DNA from: Candidatus Nitrospinota bacterium M3_3B_026
GTDB lineage: Bacteria; Nitrospinota_A; UBA7883; JBPRGF01
DNA: 64,000 nt
Assembly: GCA_051418015.1 (NCBI GenBank)
Contig: JBPRGF010000003.1
Coordinates: 1 to 64,000 of the forward strand
Direction: 5' to 3'
The position numbers were made by a program, and so were the translations under genes. Below are positions 29,186 through 39,439 of this stretch, in pieces. Position 1 is the first letter of the stretch. Each line of letters opens with the position of its first letter. Under the pieces are notes generated by a model. The model worked only from the letters and a program-made list of their open reading frames with translations, did no database searches and had not been told where the DNA came from.

Positions 29186-29935
29186 TCATTCCCCCGCTCT
29201 ACAAAGCGTAACCACCAAAATCTCCTTCGGCCTGGCCTTCTTCAGCGTCTTGCAACACTCTTCAACCGTGGCGCCGGTGGTGTGGATGTCGTCGAATAAA
29301 ATAACGCGGCGGCCCCTGATCGCGCGCTCACCGTAAACCGAAAAGGCGCCGCGGACGTTTTTCCGCCGCTCATCCCTGGTCAACCCGAACTGCGGCGCGG
29401 TGGGGCGGACTCGTCTCAACGCCCCTTCGGCCACCTCGAGCCCCGCCCACTCCCCGAAAAGCCTGGCAAGCAGGTAGGCGTGATTATACCCCCGCCCGAA
29501 AAGCTTCCGCGCGGCCAGGGGGACGGGGACGATGACCTCCGCCTCAGAGGCTTCCATCCACGGAACGAGCGCGCCGCGCCCGAGCTCGGAAAGCGGCCCG
29601 GCCAGCCTCCTTTGCCCCTGGAACTTGAACTTGTGGACAAGCTCGCGGACGGGGCCTTCGTAGACGAGGGCGAAACGCAGCTTCGAATAGGGCCGCCGCT
29701 TGCCGATACACTCGCCGCAGGCATAAGTCTCCCCCGTCTCGATCTCGTAGTCGAAATCGAGCGGCCGGCCGCAGACGCAGCAGATATTTTTGGGTGGCAG
29801 GACGACGGCGCCCTCGCAGGAAGGGCAAAGAACACCGCCCCCCTCGCGCCTGAACCCACAGCCGCACGCGGCGCATCGCCCGGGAAAGAGCGACCGTAAA
29901 GACGCCGCCAGCCTTAAAATCCCCGCCGCCTCCAT
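29186..29935 (-). CDS. comF: ComF-family protein (zinc ribbon + PRTase)
   Basis: Several CxxC pairs, VPVPL, RGYN, DDIHTTGAT; start uncertain. Confidence 0.88.
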   Translation of the reverse strand: MEAAGILRLAASLRSLFPGRCAACGCGFRREGGGVLCPSCEGAVVLPPKNICCVCGRPLDFDYEIETGETYACGECIGKRRPYSKLRFALVYEGPVRELVHKFKFQGQRRLAGPLSELGRGALVPWMEASEAEVIVPVPLAARKLFGRGYNHAYLLARLFGEWAGLEVAEGALRRVRPTAPQFGLTRDERRKNVRGAFSVYGERAIRGRRVILFDDIHTTGATVEECCKTLKKARPKEILVVTLCRAGE

Positions 29936-30036
29936 GCGATAATTAAACCACGCAAGGCGCCCCGTTTCGCCGGGTTTTTCAGCGGGGGCGTCTTTTTGGC
30001 TTTTTCCCGGTTTTTTTTGCGAGAGCGCCAACACAG

Positions 30037-32259
30037 GTGAGAAAGATAAACGGGGCGCGCCTTTTAATAGGCGCAGACGAAGGCCCCTCCTCCGCCGTCG
30101 CGCCGCGCGCGGCCCTGGCCGTGGCGGTCATCGCCTACACAGGCTGGTTCACTCATCTATCCCTGGAACGTTGGGGCCTGATGCTCTCAAGCCTCGACTA
30201 CGCCGTCATAGATTCCGCCGCGCATTCCACCGCCCTGGGGAACTTCATGTGGAGCCCGGAGGCGGGATACAACTACTGGGAGCAGCACATAGCCCCCATC
30301 CTTCTTTTCCTGTCCGCCTTCTACCTCGTAAGCGACGCCTACTGGCCCGTCTTCTTCGTCCAGACCCTCACGATCGGGCTGGCGGCGGTCCCCCTCTACT
30401 TCATCGCCGCCCATTTTTTTAAAAACGAGTGGCTCGCCTTCATGGCCGTCCTCGCATACTTCGCCAACGGGACGCTGCAGGTGGCCAACCTCTTTGACTA
30501 CCATATGCTCTCCCACGAGCCGCTCTTTTTCTTCGGCGCCATATACGCCGTCATCGCAAGACGCTGGACGCTATACGCCGCCCTCATCCTCCTGCTCACA
30601 ATTTGCAAAGAGGACGCCTTCGTCCTGGTCTCCGTCGCGGGCCTCTTCGCCGCCCTGGGCCGTGGCGAGTGGCGGGCGGCCGTCTACACCTGGGCCTTCG
30701 CGGCGCTCTACGCCCTCGTTGTCTTCAAGATCGGCTATCCATACTTCAGGGGGGACGGCGATTACGAGTACGCCTCCTACTACGCCCACCTTGGCCGGAC
30801 GCCGTTCGAAATCGTGAAGAACTTTTCAGAGAACCCGGCCGGGATGATCGAATACTTGCTTTCCAACGAGCTGCGATACGACCGGTGGAAAACTTTTGTC
30901 ATCGAACACGGGGTTGTCCTGCCGCTCGCCTCTCCCCTTGGCGCGTTGATGCTGCTTGCGCCGTCGCTGGAGCTTTTTCTGGCCAACAGGGCGCACCCGG
31001 CGGGTCTTTCGCATCATTATCCCCTGCTCGTCGTCCCCGTCTGGACGCTGGTGGTGGTCATGGCGCTTTCCAACGTGAAGAGGTTTTTTGAATACGCCGA
31101 ACCGGCGAACGCGGAGGGCCGCGCGCCCTCGCGCGCCCGCGGCCTCCTCGGCGGCGCTTTGGGAGCGGCGGCCGTGGTCTACGCCGGGGTGATCGTCTAC
31201 TACCTCGTCTACGGGAGCTTCAACGAGAAGGTTCTTTTCTTCCAGATCCGGGTGGACGACCTCGACCTGCCCCTCGCCGTGTTCTTATCATCGCTTGGCC
31301 TGCTCGCCGTCTTCGCCCCGCCCCGAGCGATGGGAGGAAAACCCTCCACCAGGGCGGTCTTCGTCCTGCTGTCGCTTCTCATCGGGGTGAAGCTCTATTA
31401 CGTGAAGGATTACGGCGCGCTGCCGGTCTACTCCTCCTGGGCGCGCTACGTCAACACGATCGACAAAGACCACGCCGCCAAGGTCAAGGAGATGACGCGG
31501 CTTATCCCGCCGGACGCGAAGGTGGCGACGAATCAGGGCGCTTTCGCGCACCTTCACCACCACACCGAGGCCTACGTGGCCCATTACATGCCCGGCCTCG
31601 ACGGCAAGGGGATAGACCACATCCTGCTGGACATGAAGGACCCGAGGAGCGGCCGCCGCCAGACGCATCTGATAAACCAGCTGCTGACGTCCCGCCCCTA
31701 CGGAGTTGTACACGAAGACGACGGCGTCTTCCTTTTCAAACGCGGAGCCTCGAAAAAATACGACCGCCGCCGCTACGTGGAGCGCTACCTCACCTTCACG
31801 GCCGCGCATGAGGGTTTTTTCCCGCTCACCACCGCCGTGGGCGAGACGGCGCAAGCGGCTGATTCTCCATACGGCCTCGCGTACCATGCCGTGGAGGGGC
31901 AGTCTCCGCCGGGATATCTTGTGTATGGGCCGTACATCAGGCTGCGGCCGGGGGATTACAGGGCGCTTTTCAGGATGAAGATCGACCGGGCCTTCGGGGG
32001 GGCCGCCGCATTGCTCGACGTGGCGGCGGACGAGGGCCGGACGATACTGGCCGCACGCGGCCTGACGGGGCACGGCTTCGGCGAGGCTGGAAAATGGAGA
32101 GTCTTCGAGCTGCCTTTCAGGGTCGAGGGCGCCCCCAGGGAAAAGGTGGAGTTCCGTGTAAAATACCTTGGAGGGCCGGGCGTATGGCTGGACATGATAC
32201 GGGTGGAGCCTTCCCCGGAGTCGTTCCTCGCCAACCTCTCGGAAAAGCCTGTCTTTTAG
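30037..32259 (+). CDS. DUF2079-like polytopic membrane protein (GT-C glycosyltransferase-like) with C-terminal soluble domain
   Basis: Many TM segments, DYH and CKED motifs, C-terminal YGPY domain. Confidence 0.7.
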   Translation: MRKINGARLLIGADEGPSSAVAPRAALAVAVIAYTGWFTHLSLERWGLMLSSLDYAVIDSAAHSTALGNFMWSPEAGYNYWEQHIAPILLFLSAFYLVSDAYWPVFFVQTLTIGLAAVPLYFIAAHFFKNEWLAFMAVLAYFANGTLQVANLFDYHMLSHEPLFFFGAIYAVIARRWTLYAALILLLTICKEDAFVLVSVAGLFAALGRGEWRAAVYTWAFAALYALVVFKIGYPYFRGDGDYEYASYYAHLGRTPFEIVKNFSENPAGMIEYLLSNELRYDRWKTFVIEHGVVLPLASPLGALMLLAPSLELFLANRAHPAGLSHHYPLLVVPVWTLVVVMALSNVKRFFEYAEPANAEGRAPSRARGLLGGALGAAAVVYAGVIVYYLVYGSFNEKVLFFQIRVDDLDLPLAVFLSSLGLLAVFAPPRAMGGKPSTRAVFVLLSLLIGVKLYYVKDYGALPVYSSWARYVNTIDKDHAAKVKEMTRLIPPDAKVATNQGAFAHLHHHTEAYVAHYMPGLDGKGIDHILLDMKDPRSGRRQTHLINQLLTSRPYGVVHEDDGVFLFKRGASKKYDRRRYVERYLTFTAAHEGFFPLTTAVGETAQAADSPYGLAYHAVEGQSPPGYLVYGPYIRLRPGDYRALFRMKIDRAFGGAAALLDVAADEGRTILAARGLTGHGFGEAGKWRVFELPFRVEGAPREKVEFRVKYLGGPGVWLDMIRVEPSPESFLANLSEKPVF

Positions 32260-32341
32260 CCCGCCCTGATTAAAGTCATAGCGGCGCCGGGGGACTTTTC
32301 TTTAGAATAAAAGCGTTGAACAGAACACAAAAGGAGGCGCC

Positions 32342-32548
32342 ATGCCCGTGATAACGAAAGAGATGACAATAAACGACGTGGTACAGAAGCATCCCGGGAC
32401 CATGAAGGTCTTCAATCAATACAACCTCGACTCGTGTTGCGGCGGAGCCCAGAGCATAGGCGAGGCAGCGGCCGCGGCCGGCGCGGACCTGGAAAAAGTG
32501 CTGGAGGACCTCAACGCCGCGGCGGGCGAGGAGAAGCAGAATGCCTGA
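32342..32548 (+). CDS. DUF542/ScdA N-terminal-like small protein
   Basis: VF..Y.LDSCCGG.QSI.EA; AAGGAGG RBS. Confidence 0.8.
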   Translation: MPVITKEMTINDVVQKHPGTMKVFNQYNLDSCCGGAQSIGEAAAAAGADLEKVLEDLNAAAGEEKQNA

Positions 32549-33179
32549 GACCGGTTGGAAGCAGGGTTTTTTCGAGCGAGTGGAGCCCATCGCCATGCGC
32601 GACCCGCTGGCCAGCGTCCTCGGCGCCACGGAGGAGGACGAGCCCATATACTATGAATACACCGACTGCGTGAAGCTGGCCGGTCACGCCTGCGCCTCCG
32701 TCTCCTCGGCGTTCCAGATGACAAAGCTCGCCCTGAAAGCGCTTTACGGGGGCGAGCTTCCCGTCCGTGGGGAGATCGAGGTCCGCTTCGCCGGGGCGCG
32801 GGATCAGGGCGCCAACGGGCCTATCGGGCAGGTGATCCAGTTCATCACCGGCGCGGCGATCGAGACCGGTTTCCACGGCCTCGCCGGGCGCTACTCCCGC
32901 GCGGACAAGTTCATCTACGACGAGAGCATGGACAGCGGCGGGGCGATAACCGCCGTTTTCAAAAGGACCGACACGGCCGACGAGGTGACGGCGAGGGCCA
33001 TGCCGGGGGCCATCCCCATGACGCCGGAGGAAATGGAGGGCACCCGGCAGATGCCGAAGGTCATCGAAGGGACGGCAAGCCGCGAGGAGAGTGAGAGTTT
33101 CTTCAAGTACTGGCAGGGCAAGAACAGGAAGATACTGCTGGAGGAGCATCCCGAGGCTTTTCAGGTGGAGCGTTCCTGA
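32541..33179 (+). CDS. FmdE-like protein
   Basis: Y.DCVKLAGHAC, LYGGELPVRG, ITGA...GF.GL.G. Confidence 0.7.
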   Translation: MPETGWKQGFFERVEPIAMRDPLASVLGATEEDEPIYYEYTDCVKLAGHACASVSSAFQMTKLALKALYGGELPVRGEIEVRFAGARDQGANGPIGQVIQFITGAAIETGFHGLAGRYSRADKFIYDESMDSGGAITAVFKRTDTADEVTARAMPGAIPMTPEEMEGTRQMPKVIEGTASREESESFFKYWQGKNRKILLEEHPEAFQVERS

Positions 33180-33324
33180 CAGGGCGCGCCGCCGGGGCTC
33201 TTTACGCCCGCTGTCTCATCCGGGGCGGGACTCTCCACCGGGGCCGGCGCCGCGCATTCAAGATGAGGCGCGGGGATAAAAAAGGGTGATCGCGGACGCC
33301 GTAAGGGGTTAAGATAAACCCTCT

Positions 33325-34098
33325 ATGCCGGACACCAAGAACCACCACAGCGCCAGCCGGGCCGCCGCATCGGTCGTTTTGGCCTTTTGCGCCCTGTCGC
33401 TTTCCTGCGCCTCGAAGGAGCTGGCCCAGCCGGACGCCATCATCGTGGACAGGGCGAACAACCTGTACGCGAGAGAGCGGTTCACCCAGGCCACGGATGC
33501 CTACCGCCAGTCGATCCAGGAGAACCCGGACTCCCCCTACCGCAAGACCGCCATCCTGGCGCTGGCCGATTCTCTCTACAAGGAGAAAAAATATTTCGAG
33601 GCGCTCCTCTATTACGAGAGGTTCGTCGAGCTTTACCCTCTGGACCCCTTGAAGCCCAGGGCCGTCTTCTACATGGGCATGAGCTACTACCACGACTCCC
33701 ACACCCCCGACAGGGACCAGACGCAGACGGAGAAGGCCGTGGAGAGCTTCGACACCTTTTTGAGGGACTACCCGGAGCATCCCCTGGCGCCCTACGCGAA
33801 GAAGTTCAAGAGGGAGATGGGCGATGTGCAGGCCGCTTCCCTGATGGAGATCGGGCGCTTTTACCATAGGATAAACAAAAACCAGTCCGCCATCCTCCGG
33901 CTGACGGAATACCTCGAAAAATACCCCGCCGCCGCGGATGTCCCGGAGGCCCTCTACCTGCTCGCCGACTCCTATTACAGGGAGCAGGCGTACAAAAAGT
34001 CCGCGCTGGCCCTCGCCGATCTTCTGAACCGGTTCCCGGAAAGCGAGTACGCCGCGAAGGCGAAGTCCCTCGCAAGGGCCATGGGGCTCAAGGAATAG
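33325..34098 (+). CDS. bamD: Outer membrane assembly lipoprotein BamD
   Basis: Lipobox LSC, TPR repeats, DRDQT.T..A, E..IGRFY. Confidence 0.88.
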   Translation: MPDTKNHHSASRAAASVVLAFCALSLSCASKELAQPDAIIVDRANNLYARERFTQATDAYRQSIQENPDSPYRKTAILALADSLYKEKKYFEALLYYERFVELYPLDPLKPRAVFYMGMSYYHDSHTPDRDQTQTEKAVESFDTFLRDYPEHPLAPYAKKFKREMGDVQAASLMEIGRFYHRINKNQSAILRLTEYLEKYPAAADVPEALYLLADSYYREQAYKKSALALADLLNRFPESEYAAKAKSLARAMGLKE

Positions 34099-34198
34099 AC
34101 CCCTCCCGCTTCAATCCGCCGGGGCGCGCCCGGCGCCTCTCCCAAACCGGCCTTCTGGTGGTAACATGTTTCGAGGCAGAGACTGGAAGGCGCGCTGG

Positions 34199-35095
34199 AT
34201 GAGAAAAGTCGCGGGAATATCCGAAGACAGGCTGGATGACGCCTTGGTGGAGCTTGTCCGCCGGACCTCCTGCGACCTGCCGGAGGATGTGGCGGCCCGT
34301 CTCGAAAAATACCGCGACGCCGAGGAGCCGGAGAGCAGGGCGCGCAGGACGCTGGACACCATCCTCGAAAACGCCGGGCTCGCCAGACAGAAGTCCCGCC
34401 CCATCTGCCAGGACACGGGAACCGTCACCTTCGACATCCACCATCCCGCCGCCGCGAGGAACGCCATTGAAAAGGCCGTCAAAAACGCCGTCCGCCGCGC
34501 CACGTCTCAAAACTATCTGCGGCCGAACGTGGTGGACACCCTCACCGGCGCGATCCGGCCGGACAACACAGGCTCGGGCCACCCGGCCGTGTACTACGAG
34601 CCGTGTGACGAGGACTCGCTGGACGTCACGCTCGTCCTGAAAGGCGGCGGGTGCGAGAACGTCGGAGCGCAATACTCCCTGCCCGTGCCATCCATCGGCG
34701 CGGGACGGGACATAAACGGGATAAAGAAGACGATCCTTGACTGCGTGACCGCCGCCCTCGGCAGGGGCTGCGCCCCCGGCGTCCTGGGCGTCGGGATCGG
34801 CGGCGACAGGGCGCAAGGCTACATCCTGAGCAAAAAGCAGCTTCATAGAAAACTCGACGACGAAAACCCCGACCCCCGGCTGGCAGAGCTTGAAAGGTGG
34901 ATCGAGGAGAAGGCCAACACACTGGGCATCGGACCGATGGGGTTCGGCGGGCGGACGACGCTGTTCGGCGTGAAGGCGGGGGTGATGGACAGGATACCGG
35001 CGTCGTACTTCGTCTCCGTCACGTACATGTGCTGGGCTTACAGGCGGCGGCGGATGACCGTCCGGGCCGGTGAGGTTTTTTATGACCAGGCTTGA
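34199..35095 (+). CDS. Fe-S fumarate hydratase / tartrate dehydratase alpha subunit
   Basis: PICQDTG, KGGGCEN, LGIGPMGFGG, CWA.R. Confidence 0.92.
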   Translation: MRKVAGISEDRLDDALVELVRRTSCDLPEDVAARLEKYRDAEEPESRARRTLDTILENAGLARQKSRPICQDTGTVTFDIHHPAAARNAIEKAVKNAVRRATSQNYLRPNVVDTLTGAIRPDNTGSGHPAVYYEPCDEDSLDVTLVLKGGGCENVGAQYSLPVPSIGAGRDINGIKKTILDCVTAALGRGCAPGVLGVGIGGDRAQGYILSKKQLHRKLDDENPDPRLAELERWIEEKANTLGIGPMGFGGRTTLFGVKAGVMDRIPASYFVSVTYMCWAYRRRRMTVRAGEVFYDQA

Positions 35096-35666
35096 GCTTC
35101 CGGCGGAGGAGGAGGCCATCCGGGCGCTGCGGGTGGGGGACGAGGTTCTCCTCTCCGGCCGGGTGGTGACGGCGCGGGACAGGGCGCACAAACACATGGT
35201 GGAGGACCGCCCGAACGACATCCGCGATCTGCTGCGCGGGGCGGTGATATATCACTGCGGCCCGGTGATGCGCCAGAAAGAGGACGGGACGTGGGAGGTG
35301 ATCGCCGCGGGGCCGACGACGTCTGCCCGGGAGGAGATATACCAGGACATCGTTATCGCCGAGTACGGCATCCGCGGCGTCATCGGCAAGGGGGGGATGG
35401 GGGAGCGGACGCTGGCGGCTCTCGGAAAACATGGCGCGGTCTATTTCCACGCCGTCGGCGGCGCGGCGCAGGCTCTGGCCCGATGCGTAAAAAGGGTCGA
35501 GGGGGTGCTGAGGCTCGAGGAGTTCGGCGTCCCGGAGGCTTTCTGGATATTCGAGGTGGAGGATTTTCCCGTCGTGGTGACTATGGACTCGCATGGCGGG
35601 TCACTCAGCGATCAGGTGGGCGCCAGGGCGCGGGAGCGGCTGAAAAAGATTTTCGAGGGGATGTGA
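35082..35666 (+). CDS. Fe-S fumarate hydratase beta subunit
   Basis: TARDRAH, YHCGP, AGPTTSAR, IGKGG, MDSHG. Confidence 0.92.
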   Translation: MTRLELPAEEEAIRALRVGDEVLLSGRVVTARDRAHKHMVEDRPNDIRDLLRGAVIYHCGPVMRQKEDGTWEVIAAGPTTSAREEIYQDIVIAEYGIRGVIGKGGMGERTLAALGKHGAVYFHAVGGAAQALARCVKRVEGVLRLEEFGVPEAFWIFEVEDFPVVVTMDSHGGSLSDQVGARARERLKKIFEGM

Positions 35667-35750
35667 TATTGACCGCAGAGGCGCGAAGTAGATGGAAAAG
35701 GAAAAAATGAAAATCTCCGCGTTATCCGTGTCTTTGCTGTGAAAAACTCA

Positions 35751-37469
35751 ATGAACAAATCCGAGATAGCGGCGGCGCTCCACGAGCTGGGCGACATCCT
35801 GGAGCTGATGGACGAGAACCCGTTCAAGGTCCGCGCCCATCACAACGCCGCCCGCGCCGTCGAGGCGCTCTCCGAAGACCTGGGCGAGCTTATCGAGTCC
35901 GGGAAATTGACTTCCATAAAGGGCGTGGGGGACAAGATCGCCGAAAAGATAGAGACGCTGGCCAAAACCGGCAAACTGCCGGAACTCGACGAGTATCACA
36001 AAAAGATTCCCGACGGCGTTTTCGACATGATGAAGGTCTCCGGCCTGGGGCCTAAAAAGGTGAAGGCCCTGTGGGACAACCTCGGCATAACCACCCTCGG
36101 CGAGCTGAAATACGCCTGCAACGAAAACCGCCTGATCGAGCTTTCCGGGTTTGGCGCGAAGAGCCAGGAGAACATCCTGAAGGGGATAGAGCATCTCGAA
36201 AAGTTCGCCGGGCGAAGGCTCCTGCCGGAGGCGATGGCCTCGGCGGCGGCGCTGCTCGAGTGGCTGAAAAAGGAAAAATCGGTCATCCGCGCCGAGGTGG
36301 CAGGCTCCGTCCGCCGCGCCAGGGAGACGGTCAAGGACATCGACATCGTATGCTCATCCAAAACGCCTAAGAAGGTGATGGGCCATTTCGTGAAAGCGCC
36401 GGACGTGATGGAAGTGGTCAGCCACGGCGAGACCAAGTCGAGCATCATCCTCGACACCGGGTTTCCCGCCGACCTGCGGGTCGTCTCCGACGAGGAGTAT
36501 CCCTTCGCCCTTCATCACTTCACCGGCAGCCGCGAGCACAACACCATCATGCGGACACTGGCCAAGTCCAAAGGGATGAAGATGAACGAGTACGGCCTGT
36601 TCAAGGGCGAGAAGCTTCTGGCCTGCGCAGACGAGACGGCGATTTTCAAAAAGCTCGGCCTTTCATACATCCCCCCGGAGCTTCGCGAAGGTTTATCGGA
36701 GGTGGAGGACGCCGGGAAGGGGAAGACGCCGGAATTGATCGAGCAGAAGGACCTAAAGGGCCTGTTCCACGTCCACACCGAGTACAGCGACGGGCTGAAC
36801 ACCGTGGAGCAGGTGGCGAGGGCTTGCATGGAGCGGGGCTACTCATACGTGGGGATATCCGACCACAGCCGCTCGGCCGGATACGCCGGGGGGCTTTCGA
36901 TCGACGATCTTAAAAGACAGTCCGACGAGATCGACGAAGTGAACGAAAAACTTTCCGGTTTCAGGATATTCAAGGGGGTAGAATCCGACATCCTCATGGA
37001 CGGCTCGCTCGACTACCCCGAAAAGGTCCTCAAAAAGCTCGACTTCGTCATAGCCTCCGTCCACTCCGGGCTCAACATGGACGAGGAGAAGATGATGAAA
37101 AGGATCATAAAGGCGATCGAAAACCCCTACACCACCATGTTGGGCCACCCCACCTGCAGGCTGCTGCTCGCCCGCGAGGGCTGCCGCGTGGATATGGCGA
37201 AGGTGATAGACGCCTGCGCGGAAAACGGCGTCATCATAGAGCTGAACGCCAACCCCCACAGGCTGGACATAGACTGGCGGCTTCTCCCGAGGGCGAAAGA
37301 AAAGGGCGTCCTGATAGCCATCAACCCCGACGCGCACCGGGAGTCCGGGCTGGATCATGCGGCTTTCGGCGTCCTGGCGGCGCGCAAGGGGGGATGCGCG
37401 AAGAAGGATATACTGAACACCCTTTCGGCCGGCAAGGTGGCGGAAGAGCTTGATAAAAAGAGGAAATGA
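35751..37469 (+). CDS. polX: DNA polymerase X / PHP exonuclease
   Basis: AGSVRR, KDIDI, HFTGS, PPELRE, H.HT..SDG PHP domain. Confidence 0.95.
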   Translation: MNKSEIAAALHELGDILELMDENPFKVRAHHNAARAVEALSEDLGELIESGKLTSIKGVGDKIAEKIETLAKTGKLPELDEYHKKIPDGVFDMMKVSGLGPKKVKALWDNLGITTLGELKYACNENRLIELSGFGAKSQENILKGIEHLEKFAGRRLLPEAMASAAALLEWLKKEKSVIRAEVAGSVRRARETVKDIDIVCSSKTPKKVMGHFVKAPDVMEVVSHGETKSSIILDTGFPADLRVVSDEEYPFALHHFTGSREHNTIMRTLAKSKGMKMNEYGLFKGEKLLACADETAIFKKLGLSYIPPELREGLSEVEDAGKGKTPELIEQKDLKGLFHVHTEYSDGLNTVEQVARACMERGYSYVGISDHSRSAGYAGGLSIDDLKRQSDEIDEVNEKLSGFRIFKGVESDILMDGSLDYPEKVLKKLDFVIASVHSGLNMDEEKMMKRIIKAIENPYTTMLGHPTCRLLLAREGCRVDMAKVIDACAENGVIIELNANPHRLDIDWRLLPRAKEKGVLIAINPDAHRESGLDHAAFGVLAARKGGCAKKDILNTLSAGKVAEELDKKRK

Positions 37470-38122
37470 TGGAAAGGGACAAAAAAACCAGAGCACGCAA
37501 AATCGACGTCATTCTTAAAAAAAAGTATCCAGGCGCCAAGACAAGCCTGGATTTCAAGACGCCGCTTGAGCTGCTGGTGGCCACGATCCTCTCCGCCCAG
37601 TGCACGGACGAGCGGGTCAACGAGGTCACGAAAAGCCTGTTCAAAAAATATCGCAAAGCCGCCGACTACGCCGCCGCCCCATTGGAGGAGCTTCAGGAGG
37701 ACATCCGTCCCACCGGCTTTTTCAAGAACAAGGCGAAGGCTTTGCGGGGCTGTTGTGGGGAAATAGCCGAAAAACACAACGGAAAAGTCCCCGCCGCGAT
37801 GGAGGAGCTTGTGAAGCTGCCCGGCGTGGGGCGCAAGACGGCCAACGTCGTGCTGGGGAACGCCTTCGGCATACCGGGTATAGTGGTGGACACCCACGTC
37901 GGGCGGGTGGCCCGGAGGCTGGGGCTGACGGAGCAAAAAGACCCGGAGAAAGTGGAGGCGGACCTGATGACGCTCATCCCGGAGAAGGACTGGACGGGGT
38001 TTTCGAGCCGCCTGATCCTCTTCGGCCGGGGGTTCTGCAAGGCGAAAAAGCCCGATTGCGCCCGCTGCCCGGTCTACGACCTTTGCCCCTGGGAGGAGAA
38101 GGGAGCCGCCATATCGTCCTGA
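37466..38122 (+). CDS. nth: Endonuclease III
   Basis: LSAQCTD, LPGVGRKTAN HhH, VDTHV, C-x6-C-x2-C-x5-C. Confidence 0.96.
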   Translation: MMERDKKTRARKIDVILKKKYPGAKTSLDFKTPLELLVATILSAQCTDERVNEVTKSLFKKYRKAADYAAAPLEELQEDIRPTGFFKNKAKALRGCCGEIAEKHNGKVPAAMEELVKLPGVGRKTANVVLGNAFGIPGIVVDTHVGRVARRLGLTEQKDPEKVEADLMTLIPEKDWTGFSSRLILFGRGFCKAKKPDCARCPVYDLCPWEEKGAAISS

Positions 38123-38639
38123 AGGAGCGGTGTCTTCGCCGCAAACTGAAGATCCTTCACCGGCGGCCCCAGGACGACGATACCGGGCGGTCTTTTCAAG
38201 TCCAAAGGGAGGGATGCCGAAGAGGCGTGGCAGGGGGTAGAGGGGAAGCAGGCCACGCCCCTTCGGCCCGGGCACGCCCGGATATCTTCTGGGGGACCTT
38301 TTTTCTATCGGCGTATGCCGTTCTATGGCCGCCCCCACGCCCCTGGCGCTCCCGTTTTTCGCGAAAAAGTATAAGGTTTTCTTAATCCCCTTTAGCTGTC
38401 CTGTCAAGGCCGCCGGACGGTTTTTGCGAGAAAATCATGCGGGGCGGTATACACTCTGACGGGGAAACGTCAGGTTCTGAAAACCAGTACCCCCTACGTG
38501 AAGCGAGGCCTTTCGCTTGCCGGTCCGGGACGGCAGGGGGGGACGGCTCATGCCGGCGCGAACGGCTTTGCCTCTATAGGGGCAGTTGGAAGCGTGTTGG
38601 AGAAACGTCAGAACGCTTTAACAAGCGGCGTCCTTCGTG

Positions 38640-38948
38640 TTACTGCCCGGCGGCGTCTTTCAGGATGGCGTCGGCCACGTCGACAGAAGAGGGGGAGTAG
38701 CTCCCCTGCATGACCTGCGCCTTGATCGCGGCGACCCTGGCGGCGCGGGAGATGTCCGGCTTGGTCTCCGACGCTATGCGGTAGGCCTTGATCGCCGCCC
38801 TGCTGCGCTCGGAGACCTCGGCCGTGGCGGAGCCGGAAGAGCCGCTCCGGGGCGCCTCTTCTTTGGCAGGCGCCCGCCTGCTCTTTTCCGCCTGTTCGGT
38901 TTTCCGTATCTCCTGGGGCTTGCCGCCCGTTATCTTGTCGATGACCAT
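38640..38948 (-). CDS. flgM: Anti-sigma-28 factor FlgM
   Basis: PDI.R.ARVAAIKAQV..GSY...VADAIL; upstream sigma-28 promoter. Confidence 0.8.
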   Translation of the reverse strand: MVIDKITGGKPQEIRKTEQAEKSRRAPAKEEAPRSGSSGSATAEVSERSRAAIKAYRIASETKPDISRAARVAAIKAQVMQGSYSPSSVDVADAILKDAAGQ

Positions 38949-38977
38949 TTTTCAGATTTCCTTTCCAGTCATCCATA

Positions 38978-39004
38978 TTATCGGAAATAGCGCGATAAAG
39001 TTTA
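38978..39004 (-). promoter_or_regulatory. Sigma-28 promoter of flgM
   Basis: TAAA-N15-TCCGATAA. Confidence 0.75.
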
Positions 39005-39119
39005 AGGTCTTTTCCGGCGGCGGCGCTAATAATCGGAGATCTCTTGTGATTACAAGCACATAAAAACTCCCCGAGGGTTATAATATTTCGAAGCGCGGAA
39101 AAAAGACGCGGCCCGGTGT

Positions 39120-39146
39120 TCAGAAATCGGTCACATTGTCCGATAA
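39120..39146 (+). promoter_or_regulatory. Divergent sigma-28-like promoter
   Basis: TCAG-N15-TCCGATAA. Confidence 0.55.
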
Positions 39147-39161
39147 TATGAACGAGAAGCC

Positions 39162-39392
39162 ATGATATTATTCGCATCCGGGGCCGGAAGATACGGCCCG
39201 ACATTGGTTGGCGGTTATTCGTTCAGGAGGATGGCCCAGCCACCGGTGGGGAACTCCAAGCTGATGGCCGCCACCAGCAACCAGTCCCTTGGCGCGCTGG
39301 CCAAGACGCAGACCCAGAAGTTTATCAGCAACGGTCAGCGGATCAGCCAGGGCGCAAAGGGTGTTTCCAACATCATATCGGTGAAGGCCTGA
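39162..39392 (+). CDS. Small hypothetical protein (start may be 39231)
   Basis: Follows a sigma-28-like promoter; ends GVSNIISVKA. Confidence 0.5.
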   Translation: MILFASGAGRYGPTLVGGYSFRRMAQPPVGNSKLMAATSNQSLGALAKTQTQKFISNGQRISQGAKGVSNIISVKA

Positions 39393-39439
39393 GGGACTGG
39401 CGTCAACGGCTGTTGTGCAAGACGTCCAGCCGCGGATTC

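Noticed and set aside
35670..35745. Degenerate ACCGCAGAG...CTTTGCTGT palindrome before polX
   Set aside because: Single, poorly paired copy; cannot support a repeat-family call
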